DNA of 50,048 nt from positions 1-50,048 of the forward strand of contig CAMTWD010000009.1 of NCBI GenBank assembly GCA_947085365.1. Reading direction: 5' to 3'. The notes under the pieces are model-generated. The model made no database searches, was not told the origin of the DNA, and was given only the letters and a program-made list of their open reading frames with translations. The DNA comes from an uncultured Nitrospirota bacterium. Lineage in GTDB: Bacteria > Nitrospirota > Thermodesulfovibrionia > Thermodesulfovibrionales > CALJEL01. How positions within the stretch are numbered: the first letter of the stretch is position 1; every line of letters begins with the position of its first letter. Shown here piece by piece: positions 40,245 to 50,048 of the stretch. Made by a program: the position numbers and the translations under genes.

Positions 40245-40342
40245 CTTACTGGTGAAGTAACAGTTACTCAGTCGCGAGGTAACAGTCGGGGGTACACAGG
40301 GGGAAACAAAGTTCCCCCCTGTGAGACCCCCGAGGTAACAGT
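40245..40342 (+). repeat. Composite repeat (two family-A copies, family-B G-rich palindrome, family-A half copy), intergenic copy
   Basis: cttactggtgaagtaacagt tactcagtcgcgaggtaacagt CGGGGGTACACAGGGGGAAACaaaGTTCCCCCCTGTGAGACCCCCG aggtaacagt. Confidence 0.9.
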
Positions 40343-40372
40343 CGGTTTAATAGGCGTGGTAAAGAGTGATGC

Positions 40373-41089
40373 CTAAGGAATTTGTGAGGTAGTATTGATG
40401 AGTTCTACAACATATCTGAAGAAGTTGAACGATAGGTCATCGGGCATATCAATTATTGAAGCACCGCAGATATAGTTTTGGTCTTTTTTTATGCAGTAGG
40501 CAATCCTTACCTTTATAACGGTTTGATTGCCTGCCCTTCTTGACGAAAGTCTGATATTGTAAAGACTGCCCGGTTGAAGGGCTTGATCTGTAATGAATTG
40601 GAGACCATGCTGGCTGAGATTTGTAATATGACCATTTAATATCCTCCCTTCAGCATCAATAATGAGTTCGATGTATCTTTGAAGGATTTCTGGAAGGGGA
40701 TAGCGGATTTCCTTTCTCTTTTCCTGGTATTGAGTTAGTGGAGAAGTAACAGTACTTAGTGGCGAGGTAACAGTCGGGGGTACACAGGGGGGAACATTCG
40801 TTCCCCCCTGTGAGACCCCCGAGGTAACAGTTGGTTTGAAGGAGAGTCTGAGGTCATGGGCTATCTGGATATATTTTATCCAGTTCATGATTTCATAAAG
40901 ACCCCTCACTGCTTCTTTGATTCTGATGGCGAGTTCTGGGTTCTCTGTTTCTCTCAGTATCTGCTGGAGGATTTCCGATGCGCCAAATGTCTTATTTATC
41001 AAAAGGTCAGAGAGGCATTCTATCTGTTTTTTATTATTTATAAAACAGCCCTCCATCCCCCCACATATGCGGTTACATCTTTCAAGCAC
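40373..41089 (-). CDS. PilZ-domain protein with a helical N-terminal region
   Basis: The C-terminal half has PilZ-like RxxxR and D/NxSxxG elements (RKEIRYPL, ITNLSQHGLQF). A 33-aa linker is encoded entirely by a composite repeat. GTG start overlaps the upstream stop, and the start is uncertain. Confidence 0.6.
   Translation of the reverse strand: MLERCNRICGGMEGCFINNKKQIECLSDLLINKTFGASEILQQILRETENPELAIRIKEAVRGLYEIMNWIKYIQIAHDLRLSFKPTVTSGVSQGGTNVPPCVPPTVTSPLSTVTSPLTQYQEKRKEIRYPLPEILQRYIELIIDAEGRILNGHITNLSQHGLQFITDQALQPGSLYNIRLSSRRAGNQTVIKVRIAYCIKKDQNYICGASIIDMPDDLSFNFFRYVVELINTTSQIP
40735..40831 (+). repeat. Composite repeat (same architecture as 40245-40342), in frame inside the PilZ-protein ORF
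   Basis: ttagtggagaagtaacagt acttagtggcgaggtaacagt CGGGGGTACACAGGGGGGAACattcGTTCCCCCCTGTGAGACCCCCG aggtaacagt. Confidence 0.9.
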
Positions 41090-41472
41090 TATAGATTTAG
41101 CTCCTTTTTCAGCCAGTCCTTTATCTCTTCTGTTATCCCGTACATCCCGTGAACAGGGGGATGAACTGGGTTTTCTATGGCCCTCTTCAGAAGTTCCTCA
41201 GGTATCTCTTCTATTATCCCAACGGTGTCTGCTATGTCACTTTTGTTCACCTTCATTAACATGAGTGTTGGTTTTTCTCCTGCTGTTTCTATATAGAAGA
41301 CATAACCTATCATCTTTTGTAATTCCTCAAGCTCCTCTTTTGACATCTGGAATCTTGGTTTCATGATCAGTGGAATGGAGGCATCAAATTTGATATTGGA
41401 GAGGATATCTGGTCTCCTTTTAATATCCTTCAGCTTCTGCATACTGAATATGTTTAACTCCTCTTGAGTCAT
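41089..41472 (-). CDS. Hypothetical protein (127 aa)
   Basis: ORF tightly coupled to flanking genes on the minus strand. No recognisable motif. Confidence 0.45.
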   Translation of the reverse strand: MTQEELNIFSMQKLKDIKRRPDILSNIKFDASIPLIMKPRFQMSKEELEELQKMIGYVFYIETAGEKPTLMLMKVNKSDIADTVGIIEEIPEELLKRAIENPVHPPVHGMYGITEEIKDWLKKELNL

Positions 41473-41476
41473 GCTA

Positions 41477-41800
41477 TCACCTCCTCAAAGGCCTTCTTTC
41501 TGGGACGACCCTGTGAGGTATTTTGCCTTCATTCCATTCCCTCGAAACATAGAGATAGCAGTAACAGCTTCCGTATTCTTTAATGTCTTCATCCCTGTAT
41601 TTACAGGGACATATTATATCTTCATCCTTTTCTTTTACACCTGTGGCAAGCCTGCAGGGACAGGATCTGTAGCCGTAACGCTCTTCATTTATTAAAAGGC
41701 CTCTTATGATGTCAAGGGTGAATTCCCTATCATTGTTAAGTTCAATACCCTGACTCTCAGCATATTTTTTTAAGATTTCGTAGAGGGCTTCAGGAGTCAT
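41477..41800 (-). CDS. Ferredoxin:thioredoxin reductase catalytic-subunit-like protein
   Basis: Characteristic Cys spacing CPCRL...CPCKY...CYCYLY of the FTR beta chain (4Fe-4S plus redox disulfide). Confidence 0.8.
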   Translation of the reverse strand: MTPEALYEILKKYAESQGIELNNDREFTLDIIRGLLINEERYGYRSCPCRLATGVKEKDEDIICPCKYRDEDIKEYGSCYCYLYVSREWNEGKIPHRVVPERRPLRR

Positions 41801-42062
41801 GTCCCAGGAGTCTCTTTTTTAAGAGTTCTGGATCATAACCCTTTATCACATCAGCTATAACAAGTGTTGGATATGTCTGCTGGGGATTGTATTTTTGAAG
41901 TTCCTTTGTCATAAGCCACTGCTCTCCGCTGTCAAGGGTATCAACCTCTATGACCTCATGGGGAATCTGATTCTCATCAAGAAATTTCTTTACCTTTTTA
42001 CATACAGGACAGGTGCTCAGGGCAAATAGTGTAACCTTCCTTACTGTTACCTCGCCACCCAC
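41790..42062 (-). CDS. Glutaredoxin/thioredoxin-like small redox protein
   Basis: VTLFALSTCPVCKK CxxC motif, YPTLVI block, 90 aa. Overlaps the FTR-like gene by 11 nt. The only start candidate is a GTG inside a motif copy. Confidence 0.7.
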   Translation of the reverse strand: MGGEVTVRKVTLFALSTCPVCKKVKKFLDENQIPHEVIEVDTLDSGEQWLMTKELQKYNPQQTYPTLVIADVIKGYDPELLKKRLLGHDS

Positions 42063-42100
42063 TGTTACCTCGCCACTGGCAACTGTTACCTCACCACCAA
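42041..42100 (-). repeat. Three tandem family-A copies (periods 18 and 21 nt) at the 5' end of the grx-like gene
   Basis: ttactgttacctcgccaccc actgttacctcgccactggc aactgttacctcaccaccaa. The GTG start of the grx-like ORF lies at the junction of the first and second copies. Confidence 0.95.
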
Positions 42101-42104
42101 AAAG

Positions 42105-42434
42105 TCAGTGTGTTGTTGATTCAGGATCTATTGGTGACGGGATAATAGGAATGTGATGGAAGGTCTTCATTACATCCTCCAGCATCTCCTCGTTTGCCTT
42201 CAGTATCCTCTCCATGGAGACATCGAGCCTTCTTGCTACCTCTGGTAGAGGCATGTTCTTGCCGTAGTGCAGTTCTGCTATCTCAATCTTTAGGGCATCA
42301 TCAACAATAATCTTGCGAAGCCCTTCGTCCTTTACAGAAATTGCCTCACAGGCGATATCAAAGGAGACGCCATTCTGGATGTTTTTTCTTATAATCTCAA
42401 TGGACTCTTTATAGAGTCGATCTTCTTCAGACAT
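42105..42434 (-). CDS. Hypothetical protein (109 aa)
   Basis: ORF with ordinary composition, first gene of the minus-strand grx/FTR cluster. No family recognised. Confidence 0.45.
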   Translation of the reverse strand: MSEEDRLYKESIEIIRKNIQNGVSFDIACEAISVKDEGLRKIIVDDALKIEIAELHYGKNMPLPEVARRLDVSMERILKANEEMLEDVMKTFHHIPIIPSPIDPESTTH

Positions 42435-42439
42435 AAATT

Positions 42440-42481
42440 AGTATACCATAAAGAGAAGGGAGACGGACAGTGCCGTCTCCC
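42440..42481 (-). terminator. Probable intrinsic terminator after atpE
   Basis: 9-bp stem GGGAGACGG / CCGTCTCCC (42458-42481). On the minus strand it is followed by TTCTCTTTA. Confidence 0.5.
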
Positions 42482-42520
42482 ACTCTTACCTTACCACCCA
42501 AATTGTTACTTCGTCCCATC
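42481..42520 (-). repeat. Two degenerate family-A copies downstream of atpE
   Basis: cactcttaccttaccaccca aattgttacttcgtcccatc. Confidence 0.45.
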
Positions 42521-42532
42521 TTTGTTATGGGA

Positions 42533-42877
42533 TTATATCTTGAAGGGATTTGCAAACAGGATAATCAGGACCACCACAAGGGCATAGATTGCGAGAGACT
42601 CAATCATGGCAAGACCAATAATAAGGGTGGTCATGATCTTTCCTGATACCCCTGGATTCCTTGCCACGCCCTCACAGGCCCTGCTGAGGCCTATTCCCAT
42701 TCCAATGCCTGTTCCAAGGGCTGCAAGACCTATACCGATGGCAGATCCAAGGGCTGCCATGGCATAGTACTTGAGCTTTGCCTCAGAAGGTGCTGCACCT
42801 TCTTCAGCAAAGGCAAGGGGGACCATTACATAAAGAAATGCAATTACCATGATTGTTAGGGTTGCTATTTTCTTCAT
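42533..42877 (-). CDS. atpE: F0F1 ATP synthase subunit c
   Basis: Two-helix hairpin proteolipid ([14 protein letters not shown]...ARNPG...[15 protein letters not shown]) with an N-terminal extension. SD GGAGG. Confidence 0.9.
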   Translation of the reverse strand: MKKIATLTIMVIAFLYVMVPLAFAEEGAAPSEAKLKYYAMAALGSAIGIGLAALGTGIGMGIGLSRACEGVARNPGVSGKIMTTLIIGLAMIESLAIYALVVVLIILFANPFKI

Positions 42878-42933
42878 TGTCCTACCTCCTTTCCTTCATT
42901 TTTATTAGTCTCAAGCCTAAGACTTAAGCCTTT

Positions 42934-43668
42934 TTAATGGGCCTCCTCAACAGCACCAGCGAGATAGAGGGTCGTTAAGAGGACAAAGACAAAGGCCTGT
43001 ATAACACTGACAAGGACTCCAAGTCCAAGTATTGCCACAGGGACTATCCAGGGTGTAAGAAGGGCAAGGATTATAAGGATCTTGTGTTTTGCAATCATAT
43101 TACCGAATAACCTGACAGAGAGGGTTACAGGTCTTGCTAAATGACCTATCACCTCTATCACAAACATCATAACCATAAGAGGAAGGGCCCAGATGCTTCT
43201 TATGGGACCAAGAAAGTGATTTATATATTTTATTCCGTGCACCTTTATTCCATAATAATGGGTGGCAAGAAATACAGGAACTGCCATGGATGCCGTTGTA
43301 TTTATATTACTCGTTGGAGATTCAAAACCGGGTATAAGACCCATGAAATTGCATACAAGGATATAGAGTCCCAGTGTGCCTATCAGGGGAAAGAATCTTG
43401 GTGCCCAGTGATGACCTATATTCTCTTCTGCAAGTTTCTTGAGCTCTTCGATGATAATCTCTACAAGATTCTGCAATCCTGTTGGCACAAGCTTGAGAGA
43501 TGATCTTATAATGAGGGCAACGGCGATTATTATTGCCATGGCAACCCATGAATAGGTTACATAGGCAGGTATCCCTTCAATCTCTATCAGGACAGGTGCT
43601 TCCAGAGCGACCTCCTCTCGTGAGATTTCAAATGAAAATATAATACCCATCGGGTGGTCTGAAGTCAA
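42934..43668 (-). CDS. atpB: F0F1 ATP synthase subunit a
   Basis: Polytopic protein with the conserved SVRLFGNM arginine motif and the LLTTLYL C-terminal helix. The start is uncertain (TTG at 43668 or ATG at 43650). Confidence 0.88.
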   Translation of the reverse strand: MTSDHPMGIIFSFEISREEVALEAPVLIEIEGIPAYVTYSWVAMAIIIAVALIIRSSLKLVPTGLQNLVEIIIEELKKLAEENIGHHWAPRFFPLIGTLGLYILVCNFMGLIPGFESPTSNINTTASMAVPVFLATHYYGIKVHGIKYINHFLGPIRSIWALPLMVMMFVIEVIGHLARPVTLSVRLFGNMIAKHKILIILALLTPWIVPVAILGLGVLVSVIQAFVFVLLTTLYLAGAVEEAH

Positions 43669-43748
43669 GTTTTTAGGAGGGGATTTAGAAATAAAAATTT
43701 TTATTGATTCATAAAACTTTATAATTATAAATGTGGGGCCTTACTGTT

Positions 43749-43767
43749 TCGGTGGCGAAGTAACAGT
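43749..43767 (+). repeat. Family-A copy in the atpB/DUF1015 divergent intergenic region
   Basis: tcggtggcgaagtaacagt, preceded by a ttactgtt half site. Confidence 0.85.
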
Positions 43768-43854
43768 GCGGCAACAACTCCCGGGTTTAAAAAAATATTG
43801 AAGCACAAAAGGATATATGGTATCATAAATTGGGCTTGGGGTCTTGAGAGGCCT

Positions 43855-43877
43855 CAACTGTTACATTCACCACCGAT
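43855..43877 (-). repeat. Family-A copy, degenerate
   Basis: caactgttacattcaccaccgat. Confidence 0.65.
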
Positions 43878-43900
43878 TTGATTCTGTCAAAGAAGATTCC

Positions 43901-43920
43901 TTTAGTGGCGAGACAGTAGT
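43901..43920 (+). repeat. Family-A copy with an internal deletion, followed by a stub of the family-B palindrome
   Basis: tttagtggcgagacagtagt followed by cgggggta. Confidence 0.65.
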
Positions 43921-43941
43921 CGGGGGTATAAAGGAAGAGAG

Positions 43942-45210
43942 ATGGCTGATGTAAGGCCTTTCAGGGCAATTTTATTTAATCCCGATCGTATTAATATGGC
44001 GGATGTGGTTGCGCCACCCTACGATGTAGTCTCGGAATCGGAGAGGGAGAGGCTTTATAATAAAAATCCCCACAATATACTTCATGTGGATTTTGGAAGA
44101 GATTATCCTGGGGATAATGAGGGTTTCAATAAATATACAAGGGCCCGTGATCTCCTGAAAGAATGGCTTTCCTCTGGTGTGCTGATCGAGGCAGAAAGGC
44201 CTGCCTTTTATGGATACCAATTGGAGTATAAGATTGATGGAAAAAGAAAGAGGCTTTCTGGGATAATAGGTCTTGTCAGGATAGAGGAATTTGGAAAGGG
44301 GAATATCCATCCCCATGAGGCGACTCATTCAAAGCCAAAGACAGACAGGCTAATGCTTATGAGGCTCTGTAAGGGGAATATTAGTCCCATATTTGCCCTC
44401 TACAGAAGCGTGGAGAAAGAGACATCCAGGATACTTCATAACCTCAGAAAGGTGTCCCCTTTTTTCAGTTTTACTGATGAGGAAGGAGTAAGTCATACCC
44501 TCTGGGAGATATCCTCCCCAGCAGAGGTAGAGACCATCAGGAGGGAGCTTTCTGACAAGCCCATATTCATTGCTGACGGGCACCACAGATACGAGACAGC
44601 CCTTGAATATAAGAAGGAGATGTCCCTTTTAAATCCCCATCAGGATGGTTCAGAACCCTATGACTATGTAATGATGTTTCTGGCAAACATGGCTGAGGAG
44701 GGGTTGACCATACTTCCAACCCACAGGGTTGTGAAGGATCTACCTGATGGATGGCCTGAAAGGTTGAGGGATTATTTCGATATAAGGCCTGTAAGGTCAA
44801 GGGATGTGAGGACCCTGCTGAAAAAGATCAGGGGGCACGATCATACCTTCGGCCTTTATACAGATAAGACTTTCTATATCCTTAAGCATCTTGGCAGGGA
44901 TCTATCGGATTATCATCCAGCACTGAGATACCTTGATGTGACGATTCTTCACAGCCTTATATTTGAGAAGCTCCTTGGTATAAGGGATATTTCCTATGAG
45001 ATGAATCCAGAGAGGGTTATTGAGATGGTTGACAATGGGCATGGAGCGGGTTTCTTTCTTAATCCTACAAAGATAGAGGAGGTGGAGATAGTTGCCCTTT
45101 CGTCCCTGAGGATGCCTCCGAAGTCCACCTATTTTTATCCAAAGCTCAAGACAGGTGTGGTCTTAAATCTCTTTGAATACTCATTTAAAGGGGTATCAAC
45201 AGCTTCTTGA
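43942..45210 (+). CDS. DUF1015 family protein
   Basis: N-terminal MADVRPFRAILFNP...VVAPPYDV and IADGHHRYETAL are hallmark DUF1015 blocks. Confidence 0.8.
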   Translation: MADVRPFRAILFNPDRINMADVVAPPYDVVSESERERLYNKNPHNILHVDFGRDYPGDNEGFNKYTRARDLLKEWLSSGVLIEAERPAFYGYQLEYKIDGKRKRLSGIIGLVRIEEFGKGNIHPHEATHSKPKTDRLMLMRLCKGNISPIFALYRSVEKETSRILHNLRKVSPFFSFTDEEGVSHTLWEISSPAEVETIRRELSDKPIFIADGHHRYETALEYKKEMSLLNPHQDGSEPYDYVMMFLANMAEEGLTILPTHRVVKDLPDGWPERLRDYFDIRPVRSRDVRTLLKKIRGHDHTFGLYTDKTFYILKHLGRDLSDYHPALRYLDVTILHSLIFEKLLGIRDISYEMNPERVIEMVDNGHGAGFFLNPTKIEEVEIVALSSLRMPPKSTYFYPKLKTGVVLNLFEYSFKGVSTAS

Positions 45211-45261
45211 CATTTTAACTAAGCCTTATTATGCTTATCTATATGCGAAAGATTAATTCCC

Positions 45262-45279
45262 ATAGGTGAGGCTAACAGA
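45262..45279 (+). repeat. Possible degenerate family-A copy just upstream of the tnpB-like gene
   Basis: ataggtgaggctaacaga. Confidence 0.35.
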
Positions 45280-45301
45280 AGATTAAAGAGTTAAAGCAAT
45301 T

Positions 45302-48042
<2,741 letters not shown>

Positions 48043-48051
48043 GGGGGAGAG

Positions 48052-49275
48052 ATGGCAAGGAACGATATTACTCCAATGAATGTCCTTAACAAACTTTCTA
48101 TTGAGGATCTTAACATAAAAGACAAAAGGGTCTTCATCAGGGCTGATTTCAATGTGCCCCTTGACGATAATCAGAATATTACTGATGACAGGAGAATCCG
48201 TTCTACCCTTCCTACTATCAATTATGCGATAGATGAGGGCGCAAAGGTTATCCTGGCATCTCATCTTGGAAGGCCAAAAGGGAAGGTTGATCCAAGATAC
48301 AGTCTGAGACCTGTTGCCAAGAGATTGAGCAGGCTTCTTAATAAAGAGGTCCTCTTTCTTGATGATTGCATAGGAGGGGATGTTGAGAGGGCTGTAAAGG
48401 CAATGGGTAAGGGTGATGTTATCCTCCTTGAGAACCTGAGATTTCATCCAGGGGAGGAGAAGAATGATGATAATTTTGCTAAGGCCCTTGCCAGTCTCGC
48501 TGATTATTATGTAAATGATGCCTTCGGAACAGCCCATAGAGCCCATGCCTCAATAGTAGGCGTTCCTAAATATATTCCAGGGGCAGCTGGTTTCCTGATG
48601 AGAAAGGAGATACAATACCTGAAGGGTGCGGTGGAGTCACCCGTGAGGCCCTTTGTGGCGATACTCGGGGGAGCAAAGGTCTCTGGTAAGATAGGCGTTC
48701 TTGAGAACCTTGCCCAGAAGGTGGATAAGGTGATAGTAGGAGGTGGCATGGCCTTTACATTTATAAAGGCTATGGGATATGAGGTGGGTGACTCCCTTGT
48801 TGAAGAGGATATGATAGACCTTGCTGTGAGGATAATGAATAGATTGAAGGAGAGCAGGGTCAAGTTCTATCTTCCTGTAGACTGTGTGATAGCCCAATCT
48901 ATTGAAAAAGGTGCTGAGACAAAGATAGTGCCTGTGCAGGAGATCCCAAAGGGCTGGAAGGCCCTTGATATAGGGCCTGCCTCTTCAAGACTCTTTTCTG
49001 AGGTTATACAGGATGCAAAGACTATTATATGGAATGGACCTATGGGTGTCTTCGAGATAGATGCCTTTTCAAGGGGGACTTTTGCTGTGGCAAGGGCAGT
49101 AGCTGATGCCTATGCCCTTACAATTGTTGGTGGTGGAGATACAGACCTTGCTGTGCACAGGGCTGGTGTCTCTGATAGCATCTCCTTTATCTCTACAGGT
49201 GGTGGAGCAGCCCTTCAGCTTTTGGAAGGGAAGGAGCTACCAGGGATTGCTGTACTGAAAGACAAGACTTCTTGA
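48052..49275 (+). CDS. pgk: Phosphoglycerate kinase
   Basis: [33 protein letters not shown]. Confidence 0.95.
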   Translation: MARNDITPMNVLNKLSIEDLNIKDKRVFIRADFNVPLDDNQNITDDRRIRSTLPTINYAIDEGAKVILASHLGRPKGKVDPRYSLRPVAKRLSRLLNKEVLFLDDCIGGDVERAVKAMGKGDVILLENLRFHPGEEKNDDNFAKALASLADYYVNDAFGTAHRAHASIVGVPKYIPGAAGFLMRKEIQYLKGAVESPVRPFVAILGGAKVSGKIGVLENLAQKVDKVIVGGGMAFTFIKAMGYEVGDSLVEEDMIDLAVRIMNRLKESRVKFYLPVDCVIAQSIEKGAETKIVPVQEIPKGWKALDIGPASSRLFSEVIQDAKTIIWNGPMGVFEIDAFSRGTFAVARAVADAYALTIVGGGDTDLAVHRAGVSDSISFISTGGGAALQLLEGKELPGIAVLKDKTS

Positions 49276-49302
49276 GGAATTTAACGATAAAATAAAGAAG
49301 TC

Positions 49303-49412
49303 TCAGCAGGGCATAAGACCATTAAACACACTATTACTTCGCTACCGCTGGACTACTTGAAAGAAAAAATTCTCCTTCCTAGCGAAATAATAAGGTCTTA
49401 TCGCCCTGCTGA
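49303..49412. repeat. Long imperfect hairpin (about 110 nt) between the convergent pgk and speH genes, with family-A-like arms inside
   Basis: Outer arms are tcagcagggcataagacc (49303-49320) and ggtcttatcgccctgctga (49394-49412). Inner arms are tattacttcgcta (49332-49344) and tagcgaaataata (49380-49392). Confidence 0.6.
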
Positions 49413-49418
49413 ATCTTC

Positions 49419-49844
49419 TTAGGTTATCAGTTCCAGCTGAACATCTGTTACCTTGTGAGGAAGCCTCTTTCCATCCCAGGATAGAATTCCCCGCTTCATC
49501 TCCACGATTGACGGATTTCTGGACTCAAATCTCTTGATGAGATATTCAGCAGCCACCTCTGGTTTAATGGTATCTCCACAGGTAAAGATGTCAACAGCTG
49601 CATAACCGTATTCGGGCCAGGTGTGAATGGATAGGTGAGATTCGGCAATAATCACCATACCGCTTATACCGAATGGATTGAACTCATGGAAGGATACATC
49701 AATAATTGTAGCATTTGCCCTTTTTGCAGCTGTTACAAGGGCATCCCGCACCTCGGCGAGATTCTTGAGGATCTCTGGATTGCAGTCTCTTAACTCCACT
49801 AATAAGTGAATACCTAAAGCATGCAATTCACTACCCCCCTTCAA
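49419..49844 (-). CDS. speH: S-adenosylmethionine decarboxylase proenzyme (SpeH/class 1B)
   Basis: Self-processing motif AESHLSIHTWPE and CGD block. The start is uncertain (TTG at 49844 or TTG 18 nt downstream, after a G-rich SD). Confidence 0.85.
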   Translation of the reverse strand: MKGGSELHALGIHLLVELRDCNPEILKNLAEVRDALVTAAKRANATIIDVSFHEFNPFGISGMVIIAESHLSIHTWPEYGYAAVDIFTCGDTIKPEVAAEYLIKRFESRNPSIVEMKRGILSWDGKRLPHKVTDVQLELIT

Positions 49845-49881
49845 GGATTTATCAGAGCAAAATGCTCTTTCTAAGGTAAAA

Positions 49882-49911
49882 AATATAAAGCAAAACGGTA
49901 TATTTTGTCAA
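49882..49911 (-). promoter_or_regulatory. Sigma70-type promoter for speH
   Basis: On the minus strand: TTGACA (49911-49906), 18-nt spacer, TATATT (49887-49882). Confidence 0.5.
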
Positions 49912-50048
49912 TACTTTTGGGTTTTAATGTGGTTACTATTTTAAAATCTCACACTTAATTACTAATTTAAGATGTCACATTAAGTTTAAAATACTTCTTG
50001 GGACAAAATATCTACTTCAATATTCTTCACTTCAAAGAGAAGCTCTCA

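Noticed and set aside
42041-42100. The tandem motif arrays (here and at 4336-4377, 13170-13206 and 37175-37214) might be a mini CRISPR array.
   Set aside because: The units abut each other with an 18-21 nt period and no unique spacers. There are only 2-3 units per site, no cas genes, and many sites lie in frame inside conserved ORFs.
43669-43941. The 273-bp atpB/DUF1015 divergent intergenic region might hold a tRNA, riboswitch or small RNA gene.
   Set aside because: No cloverleaf or known riboswitch core is recognisable. The content is explained by an AT-rich promoter-like stretch plus three family-A copies.

Overview
This 50-kb chromosomal window comes from a dissimilatory sulfate-reducing bacterium. 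The gene content would fit a Thermodesulfovibrionia/Nitrospirota-like or Desulfobacterota lineage, but that placement is inference only. The supporting genes are adk-sat-aprBA-qmoABC-CBS-hppA, a split atpBE, ccsA/hemX-hemA-hemC-cobA/hemD and an FTR-like gene. I call 46 protein genes, almost all housekeeping: pilC-pilS-pilR, fdhD, nth-like, serS, cysK, heme biosynthesis, an NtrY/NtrX-type two-component unit, fba-pfk, dnaE, accA, the sulfate-reduction supercluster, atpBE and gap-pgk-speH. No rRNA gene, tRNA gene or CRISPR array was seen.

Two layers are not housekeeping.

(1) A very dense family of a 16-21 nt motif is present, with consensus about TnRGTGGCGARGTAACAGT. I count roughly 60 full or degenerate copies by eye, about one per kb. 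Copies occur singly, in tandem (period 18 or 21 nt) and as inverted pairs. They lie in intergenic DNA and also in frame inside many ORFs, where they read SGEVTV, TVTSPL, CYLATK or WRGNS. Affected genes are dnaE, serS, fdhD, both histidine kinases, a sigma54 regulator, a PilZ protein and fba. In several genes the motif provides the stop codon, a GTG start or the Shine-Dalgarno sequence. Two larger hairpin modules are nested in or flanked by this motif: a G-rich palindrome and a GGCTGAAGG-type hairpin element. The G-rich palindrome occurs in both orientations between direct motif duplications.

(2) A visibly AT-rich island (45211-47043) lies directly upstream of gap-pgk. It carries a solo 561-aa TnpB/Cas12-like RuvC plus zinc-ribbon protein with no TnpA and no CRISPR array. 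Its 3' coding end and downstream flank are GC-richer and fold into hairpins, which suggests an omega-RNA-like scaffold.

These two layers are the best candidates for undescribed biology. All functional interpretation of them is inference from sequence reading alone.
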